From a virus: 24,650 nucleotides of DNA. Made by a program: the position numbers and the translations under genes. Location: IMG/VR virus record IMGVR_UViG_3300020202_000065; one strand, 5' to 3'. Positions within the stretch are counted from its first letter, which is position 1. Each line of letters starts with the position of its first letter. Under the pieces are notes generated by a model. That model saw nothing but the letters and a program-made list of their open reading frames with translations, had not been told where the DNA came from and did not search any database. Below, piece by piece: positions 1 to 8,173 of the stretch.

Positions 1-728
1 CGCTCCTGCATAATCATCAGCCTGTCGAATTCGTTCTGGCAGACGATGATGGTCTTCCAATCCTCACGGAAGATGTCTTCGACGCCGAAGAGCTTCGGTG
101 ACTGATCGGTCTTCGGCATCCGGTGCAGCCCGCGCGGTGCCCAGCGAGAGCTGATTTTTTCATCTATGAGCCTGGCTGATCGATAGATCCCGTCCCAGTC
201 AGCCACTGGAACGATGAATGCGCCGTGCTCAGTCTTCGTAAATCTGGGGGCGATCCATCCGATGTTGTATTGAGTCGCTGTCTTCACGTTCAGCCCGGTG
301 AGGCGTTCGAGGTTTTCCCTGTTTGCCGGCACCGCCAGTGCCTTACGCCAAAAGTCGATAACGTCACGGCTGATTGGTTCGACTGCTCCGGGGCCTGCTG
401 GATCTGGCGCATTGCAGGCAGCGAATTGTTTCTCAAGACCTGCGAAGGTGCAGAGAACCTGCAGCGCCTTCACCGTATCGTTGTTCTCGAGACCGTTACG
501 CCTAATGACAAAGTCGTAAATCGACCCTTCGTCGATTTGGAAGACTTCATCCGTCCAGGCCCCGTTCTTGACATTCACGCGCATCTTGCGACCGGGCGAA
601 AAGCAGCTCGCGCAGTCCACCCAGCCGTCGGACGCGACTTCTCCTGTGGCTTCAACTCCGGCCTGCGTAAAGTAGGCGGAGAAGTCCAGTTTCTTCATCA
701 AGATTTCGTGCAGGCCAGCAAAGTCCAT
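1..728 (-). CDS. DnaG-like primase, N-terminal part (runs off left edge); TOPRIM motif divergent
   Basis: Own translation from ATG 728, open to the edge: MDFAGLHEILMKKLDFSAYF...DCASCFSPGRKMRVNVKNGAWTD...GSIYDFV (Zn-binding-domain-like), YNIGW...FIVPVADWDG, PKLFG, TIIVCQNEFDRLM (aligns to TOPRIM hhhhEGxxD). Not in the ORF track because it has no stop in the window. Confidence 0.75.
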   Translation of the reverse strand, partial: MDFAGLHEILMKKLDFSAYFTQAGVEATGEVASDGWVDCASCFSPGRKMRVNVKNGAWTDEVFQIDEGSIYDFVIRRNGLENNDTVKALQVLCTFAGLEKQFAACNAPDPAGPGAVEPISRDVIDFWRKALAVPANRENLERLTGLNVKTATQYNIGWIAPRFTKTEHGAFIVPVADWDGIYRSARLIDEKISSRWAPRGLHRMPKTDQSPKLFGVEDIFREDWKTIIVCQNEFDRLMIMQE

Positions 729-734
729 CAGCGA

Positions 735-1475
735 TCATTTCCCTGGGTGTTTTGCGAAGAAACGCTTTTCGTCCTGCTGGCGCCATCCGTAACAGTCGAA
801 GCCGCCTGGCATGGACTTGATGGTGCGTGACTCGAAGTGGTGCAGCAGACAGGACCGGACTTCCCACGGCGTGATGCCGGCGGTTCGAAGCCTGTAGTGA
901 TAATCGGTATCCTGGTACCAGAGCGTGAACTGTTCGTCGAAGTAGCCGACCTTCTCGACAGTTTCTTTGGAAAGGAAGAAGCACCATCCCGCAAAGCCGC
1001 GCGTGTCCACCTTAGAGCAGTGCAACGGGTTATAGGCGGACTGTTCGAGTGCACGCTTCTCAAAGTCTGGCGGTAGTGGCCCACCCTGAATACTGAGCGG
1101 GAAACAGGCGCCCTCATCCTTCGCCACCAGTGCGCAGTGATCGAGAACGTTCGGGCCATACACCACATCGGAGTTGCTGATGCAGATCACGTCGGCGCCG
1201 ATCTCCATAGCGCGCTTGAGGCCGATATTCCATGGAGTGGTGACTCCGACGTTCTGAGTTAAGCGGATGTACTCGAAATTGATCCATGGATTCAGCCGCT
1301 TTTCAGCGTCGTGTATTACGCCAAAAATGGGATCGGTAGAGGCAGAATCAACAACGATCACCATAATGTGCTGGCGGTCGATACCTTTAAGTATGGCCGT
1401 TTTGCAGATCGATTCGATGCACTGCGTAAAAACATCGATCTGATTGAGAACTGGAATGACTATGGCAAGTTTCAC
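735..1475 (-). CDS. Glycosyltransferase family 2
   Basis: AIVIPVLN, VVDSASTD, NVG...WNIG, SNSD (DxD-like), GWCFFL, GYFDEQF...YQDTDY motifs; ATGA-type overlap with upstream gene. Confidence 0.9.
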   Translation of the reverse strand: MKLAIVIPVLNQIDVFTQCIESICKTAILKGIDRQHIMVIVVDSASTDPIFGVIHDAEKRLNPWINFEYIRLTQNVGVTTPWNIGLKRAMEIGADVICISNSDVVYGPNVLDHCALVAKDEGACFPLSIQGGPLPPDFEKRALEQSAYNPLHCSKVDTRGFAGWCFFLSKETVEKVGYFDEQFTLWYQDTDYHYRLRTAGITPWEVRSCLLHHFESRTIKSMPGGFDCYGWRQQDEKRFFAKHPGK

Positions 1476-2458
1476 GAGACTTTTTCCCTTTCTGTGATCA
1501 GATCCAGAGCCTTGTTTCCGGCTTCGCGCACAACATCGTTTTGAGTCCGCTTCAACACGAAACGGATAGGTTCCTTGTGGACGGAGCTGCCGATTTCACC
1601 CAGCCGCGTCACCCAGTCGCGCAGAAGCACATCGTTTGGATGCGCGGTATTCAGCTCAACGCCGATCGCGCGCGCGTAATCGTTGAGGTGGTCGCCGCTC
1701 CTGATCCACGTTTCCATGTCGGCGTTCGTCCAGCCGTAGTAACCGTAGCTGCGCTTCCACATGGGGTAATCAGGATGCCGCTCTGCGTTGTCCATATGGT
1801 GACAGAACACATCTGGAAAGTGGGCAATCAGCCGCTGTTCAGCACGCGCGGCCGTGGCGTAATAAACTTCTTCACCGCCGTAGAGTCTGTCCGTGGTAAT
1901 TGCTTTTCCACCAGCCGCGTGGTACGGGCCTGTCTTCATCGGTCCCCAGTGCTCGATATCGCGCCGGCGGAACATCACGAGCGAGAAGCCGACAACACCT
2001 GTTACTGCCACTTGAAGACGCACGCCGTGCTCAGTGCGGTGGGAGTAGACATTGTTCTGCTTGGCATCAATGTCCGCTGAGAGGTAGGCCAGCTCGGGGA
2101 CCATTTCCAGCGCGTGCGCCATCTTCGGCGCCCAGCCTGGCGTCTGAATTATGGTGTCGTCATCAAACTTACAGACATACTTTCCTGAAGAACGCTGGTA
2201 GCCATAGTTCCAGCCCTGGTGACAGCCCAGGTTGCGGCCTGGATCAAAGACATGCAGCTTGGGTTTGCCAGCCGGGGAAAGCGCGAAGTCATTGACCAGC
2301 ATGCTCAGGTATGCGCGCGAGCGCTCATCGGGGCTGTGATTGTCGACCAGTATGACCTCGCAGTCCTGATCTTTCGGACATGTCTCGAATAACGAGGTGA
2401 GAGACTTCATCACGACAGGCAGCCCATTGTAAATGCAACAGATCACACTGAAGACCAT
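1472..2458 (-). CDS. Glycosyltransferase family 2 with C-terminal helical (HEAT-like) extension
   Basis: Start moved to ATG 2458 (GGAG upstream); SVICCIYN, VILVDNHS, NLG...WNYG, KFDDD, YGGEE; tail RLGEIG...VREAGNKAL resembles a HEAT/PBS repeat. Confidence 0.85.
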   Translation of the reverse strand: MVFSVICCIYNGLPVVMKSLTSLFETCPKDQDCEVILVDNHSPDERSRAYLSMLVNDFALSPAGKPKLHVFDPGRNLGCHQGWNYGYQRSSGKYVCKFDDDTIIQTPGWAPKMAHALEMVPELAYLSADIDAKQNNVYSHRTEHGVRLQVAVTGVVGFSLVMFRRRDIEHWGPMKTGPYHAAGGKAITTDRLYGGEEVYYATAARAEQRLIAHFPDVFCHHMDNAERHPDYPMWKRSYGYYGWTNADMETWIRSGDHLNDYARAIGVELNTAHPNDVLLRDWVTRLGEIGSSVHKEPIRFVLKRTQNDVVREAGNKALDLITEREKVS

Positions 2459-2469
2459 GACAACTCCCT

Positions 2470-2961
2470 TCAGACCATCTCCGGTACAAGAGCGTTGGCC
2501 CATTTCAGACACAGCCGTGCGGTTTGTTGAGTTGAGACCAGCCACGTGACGCGGCAGGCGTTTGGATTGTCCAGTTCCCGAATCAGAACTTCCTGATCAA
2601 AGGCGACTGCCTTTTGCCGGCGCAAAAGTTCGAGAACACACCAGCACCTGACAACGTTGACGCAGGCCATCAGCGCCAGGTGCTGCTCTTTCAGCACCGG
2701 GACGAGTTCACCCTTGCTGTTTTTCAGGATTTCGGGAACAACCCAGGCAGCCGTTGACCGGCTCATCAGTTCAATCGAGTCGTCGGGGACGGCGAAATCT
2801 TTGGCACTCAGGACTACGGCACCCACGATGTTGTAGGCGAGCGGGCAGTGAATGGTCGCCTCAAGAAGCTGGTCCGGCACTTCATCGAGGCGTCCAAACG
2901 CTACATGATCGCAAAACCACTGATGCAGGATGCTGAATTCGTAGTCCTGAGTGTGAGTCAT
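2470..2961 (-). CDS. Hypothetical protein (163 aa)
   Basis: ATG 2961 directly after upstream stop at 2963; fills gap in operon; no motif recognised. Confidence 0.7.
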   Translation of the reverse strand: MTHTQDYEFSILHQWFCDHVAFGRLDEVPDQLLEATIHCPLAYNIVGAVVLSAKDFAVPDDSIELMSRSTAAWVVPEILKNSKGELVPVLKEQHLALMACVNVVRCWCVLELLRRQKAVAFDQEVLIRELDNPNACRVTWLVSTQQTARLCLKWANALVPEMV

Positions 2962-2962
2962 T

Positions 2963-3514
2963 TTATTTCCCGTCTTCGCCTTCGTCGTCTTCGCCGCCGT
3001 CGTCGCCTTCACCTTCAAGCGGGAGTTCCGGCTGAAGCGGCTTGACCTCGATGGTGAGTTCTTCGTCGCCGTAGACCTGTCCGCCCCAGGCCCACGTCTT
3101 CTCGTCGTGCCACATGCGGAGTTCGATCTCCATCATGGGGATCTCTTCGACGAGGAAGAATTTTTTGACTTTGAAGCGGACCTGTTCTTCGTTGGTGCCG
3201 CCCTTTTCGAGCTGGGGTTTGGCAAGCTTGTTGTACGTGCTCGCGCCGAAGAACTTGACCATGCAGATCATCTGCCAGTCGACTTCCATCTTGTGCGCGA
3301 TGATGTCTTCCTGATCGTTGTCCTCGCTCTTGGCGAAGAAGGCCTTCGCCTTCTGCGGCAAGTGCTCCATGATCGACTTGGAGACAGGCGCATACACGGT
3401 GACGATGCAGGCCTTCTTGCGGACAGACTCCTTGCCCTGCTTGAGCCGTTCCTTCTTGCCGATGAACTTCTTCACGTAGCCGTTGAAGCGACGTGGTTTT
3501 TCGAAGTACCTCAT
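2963..3514 (-). CDS. Hypothetical protein with basic N-terminus and acidic C-terminal tail (SSB-like architecture)
   Basis: ATG 3514 overlaps exonuclease stop (ATGA), AGGA upstream; ends EGEGDDGGEDDEGEDGK. Confidence 0.75.
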   Translation of the reverse strand: MRYFEKPRRFNGYVKKFIGKKERLKQGKESVRKKACIVTVYAPVSKSIMEHLPQKAKAFFAKSEDNDQEDIIAHKMEVDWQMICMVKFFGASTYNKLAKPQLEKGGTNEEQVRFKVKKFFLVEEIPMMEIELRMWHDEKTWAWGGQVYGDEELTIEVKPLQPELPLEGEGDDGGEDDEGEDGK

Positions 3515-4752
3515 TTTTCCTGTCCTTTCCGTTCCTGACTCTTCTTCCAACCGAACTGAGTTTCGGTCCGAGTCTCGATGTGTTTCTCCCCCTCGGCTTC
3601 CAATGCGGCTTTCTGGGTCCTGTAACCCAGCAGCGGAGCGGTCTTCTTGATCACGCGTTCCACCTGGGTGACTCCCGGTTCCAGAACCGCAAACAGTCCT
3701 TTCATGACGCTCTCCAGTTCGTCTGGCAGCGTCGCTCCATTCGCTTTGAGCCATAGTTCCAGGGCGGCAAGGTGGCTCTTAACCTCCCGCTTATCTTTGG
3801 GGTGATATCCGAGCGTCTGATTATTGATTTCGATAGGCTGGACCTGAACCGCTTCTTTCAGGAAGGCTTCGAGTTCCTTCTCGCGCGTCTTGATGACAGC
3901 GAAGTCCCGAGCGACCTCGGCCGGATCCCGCGCGATATCTGGTGTGGCGAGAACGTTCTTCGCGCGGTCCTGAAAGGCACTGCACTGGCTGGTGAAATTG
4001 CACCGCATACAGCCTGGGCCGACACGAGCCTTGCCGTCTGATGCATCACCGGCTTTCAACCAGAACTCCACGTTCGACTTGCGGACACGGAGTTCCTCTT
4101 CGTGATCTTCTTCGCCAAAGATATAGAGCTTCGAGTAGACACGGCTGAAGCGAGTGGCGATCACTTCAAGTTTGATACCGTCCACCTCCGGATACATCTT
4201 GCGCAGCGCCGTCGAATAGAGGTCCTGCTGAATACTGTTCAGTTCGTCCTCATTCACACCCCAGCCTGTCTTATAGTCCTGCGCGCGCGCGATCGTGATT
4301 TCACCGTAGACCTCGTCTTCGACGGTCTCGACACCACATGCATCGAAGATCAGGCGGACGCGCCGCGCGGGGCTGTCCCATTCCACCTGGCGCCACTGAG
4401 GATCGAAGGCCACGCCATGCTCGAAGTCCAGTACGGTCGGGAACTCCCACCATTTGGCGAATTCGATGGCCATGTTCTTTCCAATCAGAACGCGGCCGGG
4501 ATGCATCTTTGTGCTGAGCGCTACCGCGGTCGCCTCGATCGCGTTCCACGGTGGCTCGTCTTTCTTACGCGCGTGCGCCGCTGCATAGACGCAGGCATGG
4601 AAGACGATTCCGATCTCAGCCATCTCGGGGCCTTCGACCTCGTATTCCGTGTCGTTGAGAAGTGTTGATTGACGCTTCTGTAGGTAAAACTCGAGGGCGG
4701 CCGGACAGTTCTTATCCAGAATGCCGAGCGAGGTTGGGGAGTACTGCTTCAT
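3511..4752 (-). CDS. PD-(D/E)xK exonuclease, Cas4/RecB/AddB-like
   Basis: SPTSL...CP, G..FH, FD...DYKTG, QxxLY, CMRCNFTSQC (1+3 Cys Fe-S staple pattern). Confidence 0.85.
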   Translation of the reverse strand: MKQYSPTSLGILDKNCPAALEFYLQKRQSTLLNDTEYEVEGPEMAEIGIVFHACVYAAAHARKKDEPPWNAIEATAVALSTKMHPGRVLIGKNMAIEFAKWWEFPTVLDFEHGVAFDPQWRQVEWDSPARRVRLIFDACGVETVEDEVYGEITIARAQDYKTGWGVNEDELNSIQQDLYSTALRKMYPEVDGIKLEVIATRFSRVYSKLYIFGEEDHEEELRVRKSNVEFWLKAGDASDGKARVGPGCMRCNFTSQCSAFQDRAKNVLATPDIARDPAEVARDFAVIKTREKELEAFLKEAVQVQPIEINNQTLGYHPKDKREVKSHLAALELWLKANGATLPDELESVMKGLFAVLEPGVTQVERVIKKTAPLLGYRTQKAALEAEGEKHIETRTETQFGWKKSQERKGQEK

Positions 4753-5807
4753 TCGTGAGCGCTCCTGACATTCTTCGGCTCGTAGCGGGGATTGAGCGTG
4801 GCGTCGCTGGCCTCTCGCATCTGCTCAGCCGTGTAGCCTGGCGGGGGTAAAGCACCGAGCGGCGCCGGCGCTTCAAGCTGAACCTGCTGCATCTGGGCAG
4901 AGTTCTGCGCGAGCATCGCATTGCCCTGCATCCACTGCATGATGTCGCCGTCGACGGAGAAACTGACTTCGGGGAAGTTCTTTGCTTTTCGATTGCCGCC
5001 GCCGGCCTTGTGGCGTTCCTTCAGATTCATGGTGAATTGCAGATTGACCAGCGGGAACTTCCCGCGCGCGAAGCCGATCCGTGAAGCCAGATCGTTGATC
5101 TGCTGAAACATGCCTTCGATGTTGCTGACATTGTTCCAGCTCTGGCTGTCCCACTCGAAAAGCACTCTGGGAAGTTTGCTCTCTTCCGACCAGTTGAATT
5201 GAGCCACAAGTTCGATATGCGGCTTGCAGTGTGTTCCCTGGCCGCGCGGTCCGGATCCTTCCTGGCTGTAATCACAGAGGCGGTTGGGGCAGGGGATATC
5301 CTTGAATTCACCGTTTATGTAACGGCGCGCCCGGACCGCATCCCCCTGACACCAGAAACCGCCTTTCTCTGGCGCCTTGAATGCCGAACCCTCTGGCGGC
5401 TTGTAGGCCCCGAGATAATTCTTGTACGCATCTGTCTCAAGCCAGTTGACGATGCGCGCGCGCAGCGTACGCGCCTTCTCAGGATGACACGTATTGAACG
5501 CCTCAAACATCGGATGCGGTTCACGGATCGGCTGGCCGCGCTGGTTCTTGGCCGTGGGTACGCTCTGCATGATGTGGAAGGCAAACTGGCTGCCCTCCGG
5601 TATGCCTGTGAATGGCCGGACAAATCGCCACTTACCCGTGTATGCCCCGGTCTGCGGATCCTTCAGCGGCTCGCGGCGCAGGATCTCGACCACGGCCGCG
5701 ATCGGCTTGCGTTTGAATATCTCACCGACCCCACGGAATTCCTTCGACTCCGCCGGCGCGGTTGCCGCAAAGTTCTGTGGAGGTGAAAATTCTTCTTCGT
5801 CGTTCAT
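4749..5807 (-). CDS. Gp3-like phage recombination protein (putative strand-annealing/directionality factor)
   Basis: CQGD..A.R, CP...C, CKP...L, W.SQSWNN..NI pattern recalled from Gp3-like family; ATGA-coupled to exonuclease, the usual position of an annealing protein. Confidence 0.55.
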   Translation of the reverse strand: MNDEEEFSPPQNFAATAPAESKEFRGVGEIFKRKPIAAVVEILRREPLKDPQTGAYTGKWRFVRPFTGIPEGSQFAFHIMQSVPTAKNQRGQPIREPHPMFEAFNTCHPEKARTLRARIVNWLETDAYKNYLGAYKPPEGSAFKAPEKGGFWCQGDAVRARRYINGEFKDIPCPNRLCDYSQEGSGPRGQGTHCKPHIELVAQFNWSEESKLPRVLFEWDSQSWNNVSNIEGMFQQINDLASRIGFARGKFPLVNLQFTMNLKERHKAGGGNRKAKNFPEVSFSVDGDIMQWMQGNAMLAQNSAQMQQVQLEAPAPLGALPPPGYTAEQMREASDATLNPRYEPKNVRSAHE

Positions 5808-5830
5808 GGGCGAGCTCCGGGTGTGCGGGA

Positions 5831-6235
5831 TTATTCACGGCACTTCTTGCCGAGATCGAGGATGAGATTTTTTGCGCCCTTCTCGCCCAGGCCTTTGGCC
5901 ATGCGCAGGAAGCTTTCGTTCCCCATGCGGATGGCCTGCTTCAGATTGGGGATAGGTGCCAGGCCGAGAAGGCGGATGGCTGTCTTGGGGCCTACGCCGC
6001 TGGCGGTGCGCAGCAGCTTGAAGAACTCACGTTCCTCTTCATCTAGGAATCCATACATCGTGTCTGCGTCTTCAGTCTTGTGGACGTGCACAAGCAGGTT
6101 GAGGTCGGATCCTGCGTCCGGCAGCCGCGGCGTTGTCCGGATCGATACGAAAATCTCATAGACATGGCCGCTGACATCCAGATATACCGTTTCACTGCCT
6201 TTGCTGAAGACCTTACCGCGAAGCATGGTGAGCAT
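5831..6235 (-). CDS. ruvA: Holliday junction binding protein RuvA, domains I-II only (134 aa)
   Basis: MLTMLRGKV...LDVSGHVYEI, acidic pin TEDA, MYGF...ERE.F..L, HhH motifs SGVGPKTA and KGLGEKGA; stop right after domain II. Confidence 0.9.
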   Translation of the reverse strand: MLTMLRGKVFSKGSETVYLDVSGHVYEIFVSIRTTPRLPDAGSDLNLLVHVHKTEDADTMYGFLDEEEREFFKLLRTASGVGPKTAIRLLGLAPIPNLKQAIRMGNESFLRMAKGLGEKGAKNLILDLGKKCRE

Positions 6236-6260
6236 GGATGAACCCGTGATGTGAGTTGTT

Positions 6261-6292
6261 GGCAGAGCCGGCCGCACTCAACCGGCTCTGCC
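6261..6292. repeat. Perfect 11-bp inverted repeat (hairpin) upstream of ruvA
   Basis: GGCAGAGCCGG (6261-6271) / CCGGCTCTGCC (6282-6292); no U-tract follows on the minus strand. Confidence 0.8.
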
Positions 6293-6378
6293 GCAGCCCC
6301 GAGCGCGGCTCGAGGCAATCAACGCGCTGTCTCTCGTCGGACGCTTGGTACTCCTGTCCGACCGTCGCGCGTTGTAGT

Positions 6379-6789
6379 TCAGCTTCCCTGCTCAACAAGC
6401 AGGGCGCGGATCAGAAGCGCTGCACCGACGCCGCCGATCTTGATTGCCAGCGATTGGGCGTTGGACTTGAGCCGTTCGATGCGTGCCGAATTCTCACGCT
6501 GAGCCTTTGAGATCAGAGCGAAGCTCTCGTCTTTCTTGCGCATGATCGTTTCGACTTCGGTGAGTTGCTGCTGACTGAGGCCTAGACCGACCGGCGGCAG
6601 TTCAACCATGGTCAGCGCTTCAGTGAGCAGCACGGCTTTGACCAGATCAGGCCCGAGGATCTCCGCTTCTGCGCGGTTATTCAGCACGAAGTTCCGCGCT
6701 TCACTGGCGATCGTTTCGACCAGCTTGTCACCTGCGGCCTTGATGTTCTCGGTCAGGAGGTCTGGATTGAAAATCGGGATCTCTTCCAC
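6379..6789 (-). CDS. Helical protein with C-terminal hydrophobic segment (putative membrane anchored)
   Basis: GTG start with AAGGA upstream; C-terminal LAIKIGGVGAALLIRALLV. Confidence 0.75.
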   Translation of the reverse strand: MEEIPIFNPDLLTENIKAAGDKLVETIASEARNFVLNNRAEAEILGPDLVKAVLLTEALTMVELPPVGLGLSQQQLTEVETIMRKKDESFALISKAQRENSARIERLKSNAQSLAIKIGGVGAALLIRALLVEQGS

Positions 6790-6835
6790 GTGTTTTCCTT
6801 TTCAAAGGGTGAGGGTTAATGCGATCGTTGGTTGC

Positions 6836-7336
6836 CTATTTTTTCGGCGGACTGATCGCGTTGTTGATCCGCATGAAGAGTTCAGCCTGTTCGGCCAGCG
6901 CGACTCGATGCGATTCAATGAATTCCTTCACGCGCGCTTCGTCAGCCGCATTCTTTGCGGCAATTGCCGGGGCCTTCAATTCGAACACTTCCGCGCGGAG
7001 GCGCGCAGTTTCTGCGGCATTTGAAATTGCAGCTTTCGTCTGTGGCTCGAGCGAGCGCCTGATATCGAGGCTCTTGGATATATTCGCCAATGCGAGGGCT
7101 TGAGCCGAGAGTCCCTTGCTGTGCTCGGTTGACCATTTCGCGATGTCGGCATCTGCCGCGGCGGTCTTTTCGGCTGATCCGAGTGCTGGTTTAATAAGTT
7201 CGAATGCAGCGGCGCGTTCTTTCGCGACGGTCGCGCCCGTCTTGATCAACAGCAACGCTTCGTCAGATACCTTGCTGCACCCGGCCAATAGCACGAGCAT
7301 GAATGCCAGCATTGCGCTGGATAAGCGAGACATCAT
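6836..7336 (-). CDS. Lipoprotein, Ala-rich helical
   Basis: Start moved to ATG 7336 (GGAGG upstream, ATGA overlap); signal MMSRLSSAMLAFMLVLLAG-C with canonical LAGC lipobox. Confidence 0.85.
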   Translation of the reverse strand: MMSRLSSAMLAFMLVLLAGCSKVSDEALLLIKTGATVAKERAAAFELIKPALGSAEKTAAADADIAKWSTEHSKGLSAQALALANISKSLDIRRSLEPQTKAAISNAAETARLRAEVFELKAPAIAAKNAADEARVKEFIESHRVALAEQAELFMRINNAISPPKK

Positions 7337-8055
7337 GATTTCCCTCCGTTTTTTGCCTCTCGATGACGTTCTTCGGCGCGCCGTCGGGAGGCCTCGACGA
7401 GCACCACAATCATTGCGCACAGGCAGAGACAACTCAGGAAATTGAGCACGGACATAAATGCGACCACATAGACTGTCGTGCTGAATGAGCGTTCAAACAC
7501 AGCTTGCATTTGGCTGGTAAACTGGGTGATTGAACTGTCGCCGCCGGCCTTGACTGTGGTCTGATTCGACTCGGAGCGGTTGGCAAATCCGGCCTGTACC
7601 TGGGCCTGAACGCGTTGCTCTAGATTGGCCGTGATGCGAGCCTCGAGATTGGCGATCGCTGTGGCTCGCAGATCCGCTTCGGTCTGTACCTTCTGATTTA
7701 CCTCAGCCTTGATGTTCGCTGTGTTCTCGACGGCAACGTTTAGGCTGTTTTCAAGGCGAAGCAGGTCTCCACCGAAACCCTGAACCTTTTCGGCCACGCG
7801 TGTGATCTGGACGCCGAGGCCTTGAATTTCGTTCTTCGTGACATTGTTGGAAGATTGGAACTCGCTCCTGAGTTCTTCGATCTTAGCCGGCGTCACAGCT
7901 GGCACCGCTGGGACCGCTGGCACAGCCTCTGCGCGCGTTGGCGGAGGGGCCTGCAGTATCTGGTCGTTGTGTCTGGTTTGTTTCTCCTGTGTGCCTGCAC
8001 GGCAGCCGCAGAAGAGAACCAGCAGCAACAAGAGTGATGTCGTCGCTCGCGTCAT
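7333..8055 (-). CDS. Lipoprotein with coiled coil and C-terminal transmembrane helix
   Basis: MTRATTSLLLLLVLFCG-C lipobox-like; Pro/AVP-repeat linker; heptad-like middle; VYVVAFMSVLNFLSCLCLCAMIVVLV then basic RRR tail. Confidence 0.8.
   Translation of the reverse strand: MTRATTSLLLLLVLFCGCRAGTQEKQTRHNDQILQAPPPTRAEAVPAVPAVPAVTPAKIEELRSEFQSSNNVTKNEIQGLGVQITRVAEKVQGFGGDLLRLENSLNVAVENTANIKAEVNQKVQTEADLRATAIANLEARITANLEQRVQAQVQAGFANRSESNQTTVKAGGDSSITQFTSQMQAVFERSFSTTVYVVAFMSVLNFLSCLCLCAMIVVLVEASRRRAEERHREAKNGGKS
7894..7926. repeat. Imperfect 9-bp tandem repeat encoding (AVP)n linker
   Basis: cacagctgg caccgctgg gaccgctgg cacagc; protein AVPAVPAVPAV. Confidence 0.7.
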
Positions 8056-8092
8056 GGAGTGACGTATCGGGAAGGACTTTAGCTTTTCTCAC

Positions 8093-8131
8093 AAAAGAGC
8101 GGGGGTTGAAGGATGGCTCACAACCCCTGCT
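8093..8131 (-). terminator. Candidate intrinsic terminator
   Basis: Minus strand AGCAGGGGTTG-12 nt-CAACCCCCGCT (one mismatch) followed by CTTTT; intergenic. Confidence 0.5.
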
Positions 8132-8173
8132 TGTGTCTGGATATGTCTAAAGTTCCGCCCGATACGCCATTCC

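Noticed and set aside
225-830. 201-aa plus-strand ORF
   Set aside because: Antisense shadow of the primase-like gene on the minus strand
3511-4752. CRISPR-Cas locus suggested by Cas4-like nuclease
   Set aside because: No cas1/cas2 and no repeat-spacer array; solo Cas4-like exonucleases are common in phages
6213-6398. 61-aa minus-strand ORF between cassette and ruvA
   Set aside because: TTG start inside upstream gene, spans hairpins, no motif
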